From Candidatus Scalindua sp. (GTDB taxonomy: Bacteria; Planctomycetota; Brocadiia; Brocadiales; Scalinduaceae), in the NCBI GenBank assembly GCA_031316235.1, contig JALDRA010000001.1, forward strand, positions 3,420,001 to 3,452,000: DNA of 32,000 nucleotides, read 5' to 3'. The notes under the pieces are model-generated. The model ran no database searches, was not told the origin of the DNA, and was given only the letters and a program-made list of their open reading frames with translations. Position 1 is the first letter of the stretch. Each line of letters opens with the position of its first letter. The position numbers and the translations under genes were made by a program. Positions 1 through 8,645 of the stretch are shown here, in pieces.

Positions 1-116
1 TGCTGGTATCCCCGGACAAAAAATGCCGAGGACTTTCCCCGGACAAAAGGTGTCGAGGATTTTGATCGCTCCGTTTTTTCTCAGATTTTTTTCGAAAACA
101 TTATAAGATGAGTATA
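1..116 (+). repeat. Interspersed structured intergenic repeat, copy A (left part cut by window edge; internal hairpin module duplicated)
   Basis: Aligns by eye to the copies at 21710, 28535, 29364 and 30987. It reads GGTATCCCCGGACAAAAAATGCCGAGGACTTT, then a second CCCCGGACAAAAGGTGTCGAGGA unit, then CGCTCCGTTTT...CGAAAACATTATAAGATGAGTATA as the shared right terminus. Confidence 0.8.
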
Positions 117-500
117 ATGACGGCGTACACACCTTATGAGAATAAAATTACGTGTGTAAGGTTATCTCTGGGGCTTAATTTCACCATTAAATCAACAGGT
201 AAAGTATGTGCTGTCAATTCCGGAATTCAGCGATGGGCACTTACAAAACCCTTGGCTTGATTTCTTTTCATTGAGATCGAGTTAAGAAGGACTGAGAAGA
301 CCTCAGTGCATTTATTTATTAATTTTTCTCATAAGACGGTAAACCAGGCTCTCATTGATTTTTTATTTTAAAGAAATTTTTAAAACCTAATCAGGAATAT
401 CAAAGACTTAAGGGAAAGTACTCAGAGAGTTTCCTCGTGTGAATGGAATTGGCATCAATCTTGCGCGTTCAAAAGCTTCAAAAAAATAAAAATTTTTAAC

Positions 501-528
501 TTGAAAAGTTTTTTAAAAATAATATTAT
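501..528 (+). promoter_or_regulatory. Candidate sigma70-type promoter upstream of the respiratory cluster (TTGAAA - 16 nt - TATTAT)
   Basis: TTGAAA at 501-506 and TATTAT at 523-528, about 60 nt upstream of the first CDS. The region is very AT-rich, so chance matches are likely. Confidence 0.2.
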
Positions 529-590
529 TACAACCTTTGTTGGTTTGATTTGTATTTTGTTTCGTGTTAGGAAGGAGAGGATTTTCTATT

Positions 591-1304
591 ATGAAAAGTT
601 TAATTCGTTATTTCTTGTTTGTTCTGTTTATTTGTTTTGTAGGTTCGGCAACTCTTGTCGCACAGGAAGCGCTTACTGAAGAGCAGGCAAAGGCTGCGCA
701 GCAGAAATTGGAAGAGGCACTGAAATCTCTTAAAAAAGAGATCAGGACAGAAGTTAAGGTTGAAAATGGCGGTGCTATCACCGGTATCGTCGCATGTAAG
801 AGAGTGAAGCATCCCGATAATGTTGTGGTGTATATTGAGAAAATAGGGGATAAGACCTATGATGCTCCTGTGGAGCATGGTGTTTTGGATCAGCTGAATT
901 TGACATTCGTTCCTCATGTTGTTGCGGTGCAGAAGGGAACCACAATAGATTTTCCCAATAGCGACTCGGTGCGTCACAACGTTTTTACCCCTCCTGATTG
1001 CTGCCGTCAGTTTAATTTGGGTACATATGACGTAGGCGTGGTCAAGAGTGTCACATTTGAAGAAACCTGTGATGTTCCGATTTTGTGCAACGTGCATGCC
1101 GAGATGCTGGGCTATGTTGTTGTACTTGATAATCCGTACTTTTCTGTAACGGAGAAAGATGGGGTTTTCAAGATTGAAAATATACCACCTGGTACCTATA
1201 AGCTTGCAGCCTGGCATGAAAAGCTCCAGACGGTTGTTAAAGATGTTACGGTAGAGGCAGGCAAGACAGTAAATGTTGATTTTCAATTAAAGAAGAGAAA
1301 ATAA
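591..1304 (+). CDS. Secreted cupredoxin-like (type-1 Cu ligand pattern) protein with C-terminal CarboxypepD_reg-like beta-sandwich
   Basis: The ORF track gives 564..1304, but ATG 591 is preceded by GAAGGAGAGG (571-580). The N-terminus is signal-like (FLFVLFICFVGSATLVAQE). His in SVRHNV plus CNVHAEM (C-x2-H-x2-M, amicyanin-type loop) give the copper ligand set. The C-terminus GVFKIENIPPGTYKLAAWHEKL...VNVDFQL is beta-sandwich-like. It is a paralog of 8646..9416. Confidence 0.75.
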   Translation: MKSLIRYFLFVLFICFVGSATLVAQEALTEEQAKAAQQKLEEALKSLKKEIRTEVKVENGGAITGIVACKRVKHPDNVVVYIEKIGDKTYDAPVEHGVLDQLNLTFVPHVVAVQKGTTIDFPNSDSVRHNVFTPPDCCRQFNLGTYDVGVVKSVTFEETCDVPILCNVHAEMLGYVVVLDNPYFSVTEKDGVFKIENIPPGTYKLAAWHEKLQTVVKDVTVEAGKTVNVDFQLKKRK

Positions 1305-1328
1305 ACCATTTATTTGGTGGGCGTTAAA

Positions 1329-1880
1329 ATGATACAGGAAATGGGAGATAAAGGGTTTGATGCAGGGTGTTCCGGGTCACATGGCGGGCATGTTGTGAAA
1401 AAGACAATAAGCCGAAGGAGATTTTTTTATCTCGTTGGTTGGGGTTTTATAGCCGCGTTTATGATGGGGGTTAGTGGGGCTATTATACGCTTTTTTTTCC
1501 CACGTGTTTTATTTGAGCCTCCGACAAGATACAAGTTAGGCTTTCCGTCAGAATATACCCTGGGTGTTAGTGAGAAATTTAAGAAACAATTCAGGGTGTG
1601 GGTAGTTCGTGAAGCAGACAGGATTTATGTTATTGAGGCGAAATGCACACACCTGGGCTGTACTCCAAACTGGTTGTCAACAGAGAAAAAGTTCAAGTGT
1701 CCTTGTCATGGAAGCGGCTTTACTCCAGATGGGATAAATATCGAAGGTCCTGCACCGAGACCATTAGAGAGGTTTCAGGTTTCAGTCGGTGAAAGCGGGC
1801 AGTTGGAGGTGGATGAGGGTATACGGTTCCGTGGTGAAAAGGGTGAATGGAATAAGCCGGGTGCTTTCGTCCCGGTATAG
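1329..1880 (+). CDS. Rieske [2Fe-2S] subunit of a Rieske/cytochrome b complex
   Basis: Rieske boxes CTHLGC and CPCHGS are present, with one N-terminal TM helix (FFYLVGWGFIAAFMMGVSGAII). ATG 1329 has GGTGGG 7 nt upstream. The ORF-track alternative start is TTG 1314. Confidence 0.9.
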   Translation: MIQEMGDKGFDAGCSGSHGGHVVKKTISRRRFFYLVGWGFIAAFMMGVSGAIIRFFFPRVLFEPPTRYKLGFPSEYTLGVSEKFKKQFRVWVVREADRIYVIEAKCTHLGCTPNWLSTEKKFKCPCHGSGFTPDGINIEGPAPRPLERFQVSVGESGQLEVDEGIRFRGEKGEWNKPGAFVPV

Positions 1881-2024
1881 TTGTAGAATGGTTGTTTTTT
1901 GTCTATATTGATGGTGCTTGACTGATTAAATCTTGTACGGGTGTGAACACCGCATACGTTGGAATGTGGATTTTGCCTGAAATGAAGCTCTGGTTGAAAG
2001 ATGTAAGTTATTGGGCTTCCTGGT

Positions 2025-2897
2025 TTGATGAGTTTAGAACTTGGTTGTGTGTTGCTGGGGGGTGTGAAATTGGGAAACAATACAGAAAAAGGAAAATTGT
2101 CGAAAATACTTGGATTGGTAAAAGAGAAGGGTGTTGTCAATGCAATCAAGGATACGGTCTTGAGTACTCAGATCTGGCGTTCCTTTTTTCGTCATGGACT
2201 TGAGGATACACCGAAAACCAGGATGGAGACAATTATCGGTAACTCTTTTCTCCATCTTCATCCAGCTAAAGTGAAGAGGCACGCACCATTATTTCGGTTC
2301 ACCTGGTGCATGGGGGGTATTACCTTTTTTTTATTTCTGGTTTTGACGATAACAGGTGTGTTCCTGATGTTTTATTATCACCCTAATGTAAGGGATGCTT
2401 ACTGGGATATGAAAGGTTTGGAGTACCATGTGCCTTTCGGTACATTGCTGCGGAACCTGCATCGATGGGGTGCTCATTTGATGGTTATAGCGGTTTGGTT
2501 TCATATGTTTAGGGTGTTTATGACGGGTTCATATAAGCCGCCGCGTGAATTTAACTGGGTCATAGGAGTGGTTTTATTGGTGATGACGTTGCTTTTGAGC
2601 TTTACCGGGTATCTGCTGCCGTGGGATCAGTTGGGTTTTTGGGCTGTGACTGTAGGCACAAACATGGCACGAGCGACTCCTCTTCTGGGACATGAAGGGC
2701 CTTTTGGTGATCTGTTAGGTATGACTGCGTATAACGATATCAGGTTTGCCCTGCTGGGTGGTTCACTTGTGGGGGGGAATGCATTGTTGAGGGCATATAT
2801 CTGGCACTGCATTGGTTTGCCGATGATCGTGAGTACTTTCTTGATTGTCCATTTCTGGAGAGTTCGTAAAGATGGTGGTATTTCAGGTAAATTGTAA
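2025..2897 (+). CDS. Cytochrome b6-type subunit (N-terminal four-helix part of cytochrome b)
   Basis: [18 protein letters not shown] has two His 14 apart and [18 protein letters not shown] has two His 15 apart, giving four heme-b ligands with b6-type spacing. WCMGGITFF resembles the heme ci Cys motif, and [10 protein letters not shown] is present. The start is uncertain: in-frame GTG 2064 and TTG 2070 follow a GGGGGG run (2057-2062). Confidence 0.9.
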   Translation: MMSLELGCVLLGGVKLGNNTEKGKLSKILGLVKEKGVVNAIKDTVLSTQIWRSFFRHGLEDTPKTRMETIIGNSFLHLHPAKVKRHAPLFRFTWCMGGITFFLFLVLTITGVFLMFYYHPNVRDAYWDMKGLEYHVPFGTLLRNLHRWGAHLMVIAVWFHMFRVFMTGSYKPPREFNWVIGVVLLVMTLLLSFTGYLLPWDQLGFWAVTVGTNMARATPLLGHEGPFGDLLGMTAYNDIRFALLGGSLVGGNALLRAYIWHCIGLPMIVSTFLIVHFWRVRKDGGISGKL

Positions 2898-2917
2898 GGT
2901 TTGAGGAGGGTTTGAGA

Positions 2918-3055
2918 GTGGAGAATATCTGGTTGATTATAAGCAAGCCTGATAATGTACCTATCGTGGGTTTGATTTTGCTTTTAGTTCTTTTTACGTG
3001 GATGTCTTTTAGCCAGGCGTCAAAAAACGATCGTCAGGCGAACGATGACAGTTAA
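2918..3055 (+). CDS. Candidate 45-aa single-TM micro-protein between the cyt b6 and flavoprotein genes
   Basis: Below the ORF-track size cutoff. GTG 2918 lies 8 nt after GAGGAGG (2903-2909). Translation is VENIWLIISKPDNVPIVGLILLLVLFTWMSFSQASKNDRQANDDS, with one hydrophobic helix and a polar tail. It fills an otherwise unexplained 204-nt gap. Confidence 0.4.
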   Translation: MENIWLIISKPDNVPIVGLILLLVLFTWMSFSQASKNDRQANDDS

Positions 3056-3101
3056 CTGTGAGTCTTTAATAAAGCATATGCTGTAAAATGGGGATTAATT
3101 C

Positions 3102-4796
3102 TTGAAATATAGGGTTGTACAAGCAGACGAAAGCTGGTTTAGTGAAAATATAAACTGTCAACATGCCTGCCCGGCGCATACTCCCGCTTCTAATTATATT
3201 GAAAGGTTGCAGGAGGGAGATTTTGAGGGTGCGTTGAAGTTGAATTATATGGCGAACCTATTTCCTCACATATTAGGCCGTGTATGTACACATCCTTGTG
3301 AGGCGGCTTGTCGAAGGGGAGCCATAGACAAACCAATTGCTATATGTACCTTGAAGAGGGTTGCCGCTGATTTTGCAGATCCGGATGTTCACCCGGAAAA
3401 GCCAAAAAAAATAAAAAACACAGGAAAAAAGGTTGCAGTAGTCGGTGCCGGACCATCCGGACTTGCTGCCGCTAATGATCTGGCCTTACTGGGGTATTCT
3501 GTAACGGTATACGAGGCGTTGCCGATGGCGGGTGGTATGCTGAGTGTAGGTATACCTCCTTATAGACTGCCATGGAATAGAATAGAAAGTGCGGTGAAGT
3601 GGGTTGAGGAATTGGGGATAAAGATAAAGCTCAATAGCCCGGTAAAAGATGAGGCTGAGCTTGATGCCTTGATCAGGAACTACGATGCTGTTTATCTGGC
3701 TGCCGGGGCTCACAAGTCACCTTCGCTTGAAATAGCCGGAGAAGATCTTGATGGCGTGGTGCACGGTATCAGGTTTATGAAAGATATCAACCTGGGTATT
3801 CTGAAAAAGGTACCTTCAAAAGTGGCTGTTGTTGGTGGTGGCTTTACGGCAATTGATTGTGCCCGTTCGTCCCTGAGACTGGGGGCGAAGGAGGTTTCAA
3901 TCATTTACAGGAGAACCTTGAAAGAGATGCCGGCTGGGGAGCTCGAAGTCTCTATGGCAGAGGAAGAGGCGATAAAGATTCTCTTTCTGACTACACCTGT
4001 CCGGGTGCTTGGGGATGCGGATGGGAAGGTGAAAGCCATAGAGTGTCTCATGAACAAGCTTGGGGAGCCTGATAACAGCGGCAGGAGGAGACCGGAACCA
4101 ATTCAGGGTAGTGAGTTTAAAATACCTGTAGATATGGTGGTTGCCGCTATCGGGCAATCGGCTGATACGGGTTTTGTATCCGAGGGTTTGGGAGTGAAGA
4201 TGACGAGATGGGGTACTATTAAAGTGGATCCCAGGACATTGATGTCTGACAGGGCAGGTCTTTTTGTTGGTGGTGACTACCTGACTGGTCCGAGGAATGT
4301 TATTGAGGTTATTGCTGACGGAAGGCAGGTGGCAAAAGCGATCGATGAATACCTTGGAGTGGCTCAGGAGAGAGAGGTTAACTATTTTTTCTCCGACGGT
4401 GAGCCTGTCAGGAACGTAGACAACTATGATGATCTGCCTCGTCAAAAACAGCAGGCACTGTCAATGGATACAAGATGGGATGTTGATAAAGAGGTGGAGC
4501 TGGGATTTACCAAACATGATGCTCAAAAAGAGGCAGATCGATGTTTGCTGTGTCATTATAATATTTTTATAGATGATCAAAAATGTATTTTGTGTGGTGG
4601 GTGCATCGATATCTGTCCGCACAACTGCATCATGATGATCTCGCGTGATAAAATTGAATCAGAGGGTGAAGTGGCTGGTAATTGGGATGCTGTTATGGCC
4701 ATTGACGAGGAGAAATGCATAAGGTGTGGACTCTGCGTAAGGAGATGCCCGGTGGATGCAATTAAGATGAAAAGATTCTCATATGTTGAGAGGTGA
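3102..4796 (+). CDS. NAD(P)H-dependent FAD oxidoreductase, glutamate synthase small-subunit (GltD)-like, with C-terminal 2x[4Fe-4S] ferredoxin domain
   Basis: The N-terminal Cys clusters CQHACP and RVCTHPCEAAC are Fer4_20-like. Two dinucleotide-binding folds are present (VAVVGAGPSGLAAA and VAVVGGGFTAIDCA). The C-terminus carries CILCGGCIDICP and CIRCGLCVRRCP. No TM helix is visible. The start is TTG at 3102. Confidence 0.85.
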   Translation: MKYRVVQADESWFSENINCQHACPAHTPASNYIERLQEGDFEGALKLNYMANLFPHILGRVCTHPCEAACRRGAIDKPIAICTLKRVAADFADPDVHPEKPKKIKNTGKKVAVVGAGPSGLAAANDLALLGYSVTVYEALPMAGGMLSVGIPPYRLPWNRIESAVKWVEELGIKIKLNSPVKDEAELDALIRNYDAVYLAAGAHKSPSLEIAGEDLDGVVHGIRFMKDINLGILKKVPSKVAVVGGGFTAIDCARSSLRLGAKEVSIIYRRTLKEMPAGELEVSMAEEEAIKILFLTTPVRVLGDADGKVKAIECLMNKLGEPDNSGRRRPEPIQGSEFKIPVDMVVAAIGQSADTGFVSEGLGVKMTRWGTIKVDPRTLMSDRAGLFVGGDYLTGPRNVIEVIADGRQVAKAIDEYLGVAQEREVNYFFSDGEPVRNVDNYDDLPRQKQQALSMDTRWDVDKEVELGFTKHDAQKEADRCLLCHYNIFIDDQKCILCGGCIDICPHNCIMMISRDKIESEGEVAGNWDAVMAIDEEKCIRCGLCVRRCPVDAIKMKRFSYVER

Positions 4797-4856
4797 TTCA
4801 CAGGTGCACGCGTAGTTGGAAAATGAATAGAGCTGATTGTATGAAGGGGACAAGAA

Positions 4857-5684
4857 ATGGCGGAAGATAAAGAGACAACAAAGGGAAGATACCGGGCGCT
4901 TGCGTTTGTCAAAGGGGAAACCCTGGCCAAGGAGAAGGATAGGGAAGTCGGGAAGGATGAAGTTCATACCTGGCCATATTTGGTGAGGGTAGAATTTCTT
5001 GCAGCCATCATTATGACCATTATATTGATGATCTGGGCTATTACGCTCGATGCGCCACTGGAGGATCCATCAGACCCTACATTGACTCCTAATCCGGCAA
5101 AGGCACCATGGTATTTTCTCGGGTTACAGGAAATGCTTGTGTATTTTGATCCGTGGATAGCTGGGGTTGTGTATCCATCTTTGATAGTTATCGGACTGAT
5201 GGTTATTCCATATGTGGATATTAATCCCAAGGGAAATGGTTATTACACTCTCAAGGAGAGAAAATTCGCAATACTTACTTTTTGTTTCGGTTTCCATGTG
5301 CTTTGGATATTACTGATCATTGTGGGTGTTTTTATGCGGGGGCCCGGTTGGATCTGGTTCTGGCCATGGGAAACCTGGGATGCTCACCGAGTGGTAGCTG
5401 AGACGAATTACGATCTTACTCACTTTATTGGAGTCGATTCAAAATCTTTCCTCGGTTCTGTTATCGGGGGTAGTGTTGTAGTACTCTACTATTTCATTAC
5501 GATGACTATACCGTTTCTATTCTTGAAATTTATTGGGAGCCCGACTCTTGAAAAAATGGGGATAATGCGGTATACAATTGTAGCGTTTTTGTTCTGGACA
5601 ATGATGACGTTGCCGATTAAGATGTTTTTGAAATTGGTTTTTCACATGAAATATATTTGGGTAACCCCGTGGTTTAATATATAG
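4857..5684 (+). CDS. Cytochrome b C-terminal part / subunit IV-like membrane protein (with extra C-terminal helices)
   Basis: PNPAKAPWYFLGLQE is a variant of the PEWY Qo-site motif. Several hydrophobic helices are visible. ATG 4857 is preceded by GAAGGGGA. Confidence 0.8.
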   Translation: MAEDKETTKGRYRALAFVKGETLAKEKDREVGKDEVHTWPYLVRVEFLAAIIMTIILMIWAITLDAPLEDPSDPTLTPNPAKAPWYFLGLQEMLVYFDPWIAGVVYPSLIVIGLMVIPYVDINPKGNGYYTLKERKFAILTFCFGFHVLWILLIIVGVFMRGPGWIWFWPWETWDAHRVVAETNYDLTHFIGVDSKSFLGSVIGGSVVVLYYFITMTIPFLFLKFIGSPTLEKMGIMRYTIVAFLFWTMMTLPIKMFLKLVFHMKYIWVTPWFNI

Positions 5685-5714
5685 TAAAATGCGATTAAGG
5701 AAAGCTGGCATATA

Positions 5715-8561
5715 ATGAATAGATTAGAAGACAAATCATATGTAGGAAGGTACGTACTGTTAAGTTTGATACTTCTGTTTACGATGGTTGGTGCCATTTG
5801 GAATGAATTAATTGTAAAAAGGCCATGGAAATACTTTCAATCACGTTTTCATGAACTGGAGTATAATAATGCCAAGGCTCTGTATGACAAAGCTGTTGAG
5901 GCATTTAATGACCCAGAGATTCACAAAGAGTATCTTACCCTTGCTGCAAATTTGAAGGATGCTAACGAAAATTTTAACAGGCCGATTATTCAGGATGAGT
6001 ATCAGAAGGTGTTGAAAAAGCTGGAGAAACTCGATAAGGATGAGTTGGAACCATTAAAATTCGAGGCTATACTTACCCGTAATAAGCTTCAGGAAGAGGC
6101 GTATGTATATGGCAGGAGTAAAAAAGAAGAAACATTGAAAGCCATCGAGGGCCTGGAACAGAAAAATAAAGACTTAGCTGAAAAAATAGGCAAACTTGAA
6201 GATAAAAGAGCAGTATTACAAAGTAAGGTTGATGCATTTAAGAGCAAGATTATCACGTATGAAAATGAGCTGAAGATCTTTACGGCTGATGTTGATAAAT
6301 ATCGGACTTTGTTAAATAATATTAATGCAAAACGACCGGGGTTACAGCGCTATCAGGTGCATCTGGAGGCGATTAATGAAGCTGACAGGTGTATGTCCTG
6401 TCACCCGGGAATAGATCGAAGTGAGAGTGTTTCAGAAGAGCAGCCATATGCGAGTCATCCGAGGAGAGATATTTATCTCGGGAATCACCCGCCTGAAAAG
6501 TTTGGTTGTGTCCTGTGTCATGAGGGACAGGCTAGAGCGACTACCAGTCCTGAGAAAGCTCATGGAGAAGTTGAATTCTGGTTACGGCCGATGCTCAAGG
6601 GGGATATGATCCAATCCTCATGCATTTCCTGTCACTCAAATGTTGTCGGGCTGGAAGGTGCGGAAAAGATTTCCGAAGGGTGGAAGCTTTTTAATGAGGC
6701 TGGCTGTTTTGGATGTCATCAGGTGGAGGGGTTCGGCGGGGACAAATTTATGATGATTGGTCCAAATCTGACTGAATTGGGTAGTAAAGTGAATGCTGTT
6801 TGGCTATATCATTGGTTGATGGCACCTAAAGATTACAGGCCCTCTGCCAGGATGCCGGATTTTATGTTGGAAGAGTCTGAGGCAAAAGCTATATCCTCTT
6901 ATCTCTGGCAGAACTCAGAAGGTTTTGATGCGGGTGCTGCTGAGGAGTTCGATGATGAGACTATTGATGATGGAGCATACATTTTTGAAAGTATCGGTTG
7001 CCTGGCATGTCATAGCGAAATAGAAGAAGATGGTCAGGTGCATGGGCCTAATCTGGCAAGGATCGGAGAAAAGGTCAACTTTGAATATCTGGTCAGCTGG
7101 CTCTTGAATCCGAAATTACACCAGCCTGACACTACGATGCCGAATTTCCGTCTTGATGATGAGAGCGCGCGGTTACTCGCAGCATTTCTGACAACTCTTA
7201 CAAGCGATGGTTTCGAGACTTCTGATGAAGAAACAGAGTGGATAGAAGATGAAGAGCTGGCAGCACAGGGGAAAAACCTGATCGGCAGGTATGGTTGTTT
7301 TGGCTGTCATGAAATAAGAGGGATGGAAGGAAGAGGAAAAATTGGAGTCGAATTGTCGGATATAGGTTCTAAGCACGTACATCTCTTTGATTTCGGATTG
7401 AAGGAACATGAGATGATTCATGAATTGGGGATTAAGCACCCGACGGAAAACGTCGCTGCTGCCAGGAGGGCATGGATTGAGGCGAAGTTAACCGACCCGC
7501 GACAATTTGATGAAGGTCGATATAAGAAGCCGTCTGACAGGCTGATAATGCCGAACTTTGGATTGACAGAAGAGGAAGTTAAGCTGATTACAGCGGTTCT
7601 TCTGGGTATGAGAGAGGGAGAAATGCCAGAGGAGTACCGTTTTCAAACTACTGATGATCAGAAAGCGATTCTTGAGGGGAAGAGGGTTGTCAGAAAATAT
7701 AACTGTACTGGATGCCATCAATTCAGCATAGATACACTGTATTTGAATAATGGAACTGTATTGAAGGGTATGGTCAAACTGGAAGAGGAAGATAATCTCT
7801 TTTTTCAACTATGGGAAGATAATGCGGCTTTTGGCAGAGAGGCTGGTGAGACTGCCCAGATTCCGACATCACAAATTAAAAACCGGGTTTATGCTGAAGG
7901 GGGAGATATTGGCTCTTTCATAATTGATTATCACGTCGAGGTTGAAGGGCGTGTGCCTGAGGAGGCAAATGTGTTCACGCCTCCCGTCCTCTATAAAGAG
8001 GGAGAGAAAGTACAGAGTAACTGGGTGTTCGATTTTCTTGAAGAACCGTTTCCTTTACGTCCTTGGCTTGAAGTCCGTATGCCGACGTTTAAATTACCTT
8101 CAGAGGAGGCAACATCGTTATCACGCTACTTTGCGATTCTGGAAGGTGAGGAGTATCCCTATGAATTTATTAAAGAGACGAAAAAAAGTTACATAGCCCA
8201 AAAGGAAGAAGAGTGCCCGGGTTATCTGGATGATGCGCGTAGGTTGTTTGACTCAAAGGATGTAAATTGCGCTTCCTGTCATGTAAGAGGTTCAATAACA
8301 CCTGATGGTGAGCCATCGAGCTGGGCTCCAGATTTGTCTCTGGCAAAATATAGGCTGAAGCCTGACTGGATTAAGAGGTGGTTACTGGATCCGCAGCTTA
8401 TCCAGCCAGGAACAAAAATGCCGAAGCTGTTCAGGGAAGGGGTATTTCAGGATATTTTTCCTGGTGAACCTGGTGAACAGGCTGAGGCACTAAAGGACCT
8501 TCTGATGAACTTTCCGGATGAAATGGTTGGCGAGGGTGAGGATGCAGACTCGGAAGAGTAA
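5715..8561 (+). CDS. Membrane-anchored octaheme c-type cytochrome with long N-terminal helical stalk
   Basis: Eight CxxCH motifs: CMSCH, CVLCH, CISCH, CFGCH, CLACH, CFGCH, CTGCH, CASCH. There is one N-terminal TM helix (YVLLSLILLFTMVGAIW). Residues ~43-207 are charged and heptad-like with no Cys. Confidence 0.85.
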   Translation: MNRLEDKSYVGRYVLLSLILLFTMVGAIWNELIVKRPWKYFQSRFHELEYNNAKALYDKAVEAFNDPEIHKEYLTLAANLKDANENFNRPIIQDEYQKVLKKLEKLDKDELEPLKFEAILTRNKLQEEAYVYGRSKKEETLKAIEGLEQKNKDLAEKIGKLEDKRAVLQSKVDAFKSKIITYENELKIFTADVDKYRTLLNNINAKRPGLQRYQVHLEAINEADRCMSCHPGIDRSESVSEEQPYASHPRRDIYLGNHPPEKFGCVLCHEGQARATTSPEKAHGEVEFWLRPMLKGDMIQSSCISCHSNVVGLEGAEKISEGWKLFNEAGCFGCHQVEGFGGDKFMMIGPNLTELGSKVNAVWLYHWLMAPKDYRPSARMPDFMLEESEAKAISSYLWQNSEGFDAGAAEEFDDETIDDGAYIFESIGCLACHSEIEEDGQVHGPNLARIGEKVNFEYLVSWLLNPKLHQPDTTMPNFRLDDESARLLAAFLTTLTSDGFETSDEETEWIEDEELAAQGKNLIGRYGCFGCHEIRGMEGRGKIGVELSDIGSKHVHLFDFGLKEHEMIHELGIKHPTENVAAARRAWIEAKLTDPRQFDEGRYKKPSDRLIMPNFGLTEEEVKLITAVLLGMREGEMPEEYRFQTTDDQKAILEGKRVVRKYNCTGCHQFSIDTLYLNNGTVLKGMVKLEEEDNLFFQLWEDNAAFGREAGETAQIPTSQIKNRVYAEGGDIGSFIIDYHVEVEGRVPEEANVFTPPVLYKEGEKVQSNWVFDFLEEPFPLRPWLEVRMPTFKLPSEEATSLSRYFAILEGEEYPYEFIKETKKSYIAQKEEECPGYLDDARRLFDSKDVNCASCHVRGSITPDGEPSSWAPDLSLAKYRLKPDWIKRWLLDPQLIQPGTKMPKLFREGVFQDIFPGEPGEQAEALKDLLMNFPDEMVGEGEDADSEE

Positions 8562-8645
8562 TTGTATCTGGAACATTGTTATCACCTGTTTTTTTTTGAA
8601 AATTGGTAGGCTGGTTGTTAATTATAATTATAAAGGAGTCATATT

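Noticed and set aside
216-227. Perfect 12-bp palindrome AATTCCGGAATT as a possible operator
   Set aside because: Several perfect 12-bp palindromes are expected by chance in 32 kb. There is no second half-site or recognisable regulator consensus.
600-1286. 228-aa ORF on the minus strand, fully antisense to the first cupredoxin-like gene
   Set aside because: Its composition is dominated by I/N/F/L/C/R, as AT-rich antisense frames usually are. It has no SD or recognisable motifs, whereas the sense ORF has a signal peptide, a copper-ligand pattern and a paralogue.
1943-2203. 86-aa ORF in the Rieske-cyt b spacer, overlapping the start of cytochrome b
   Set aside because: It is in a different frame from the clearly homologous cyt b. 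It is Trp/Cys-rich with odd composition and no SD.
3897-4445. 182-aa minus-strand ORF, plus other short ORFs (3486-3713, 3710-3904, 3857-4072), inside the flavoprotein gene
   Set aside because: They overlap a confidently identified GltD-like CDS. Their sequences are low-complexity and show no motifs.
4542-4556. CLLCH motif in the flavoprotein, considered as a 19th heme-binding site
   Set aside because: The protein has no signal peptide or TM helix, and the motif sits at the start of a ferredoxin-type Cys cluster region. It is most likely Fe-S related or incidental, so it was not counted as a c-heme.
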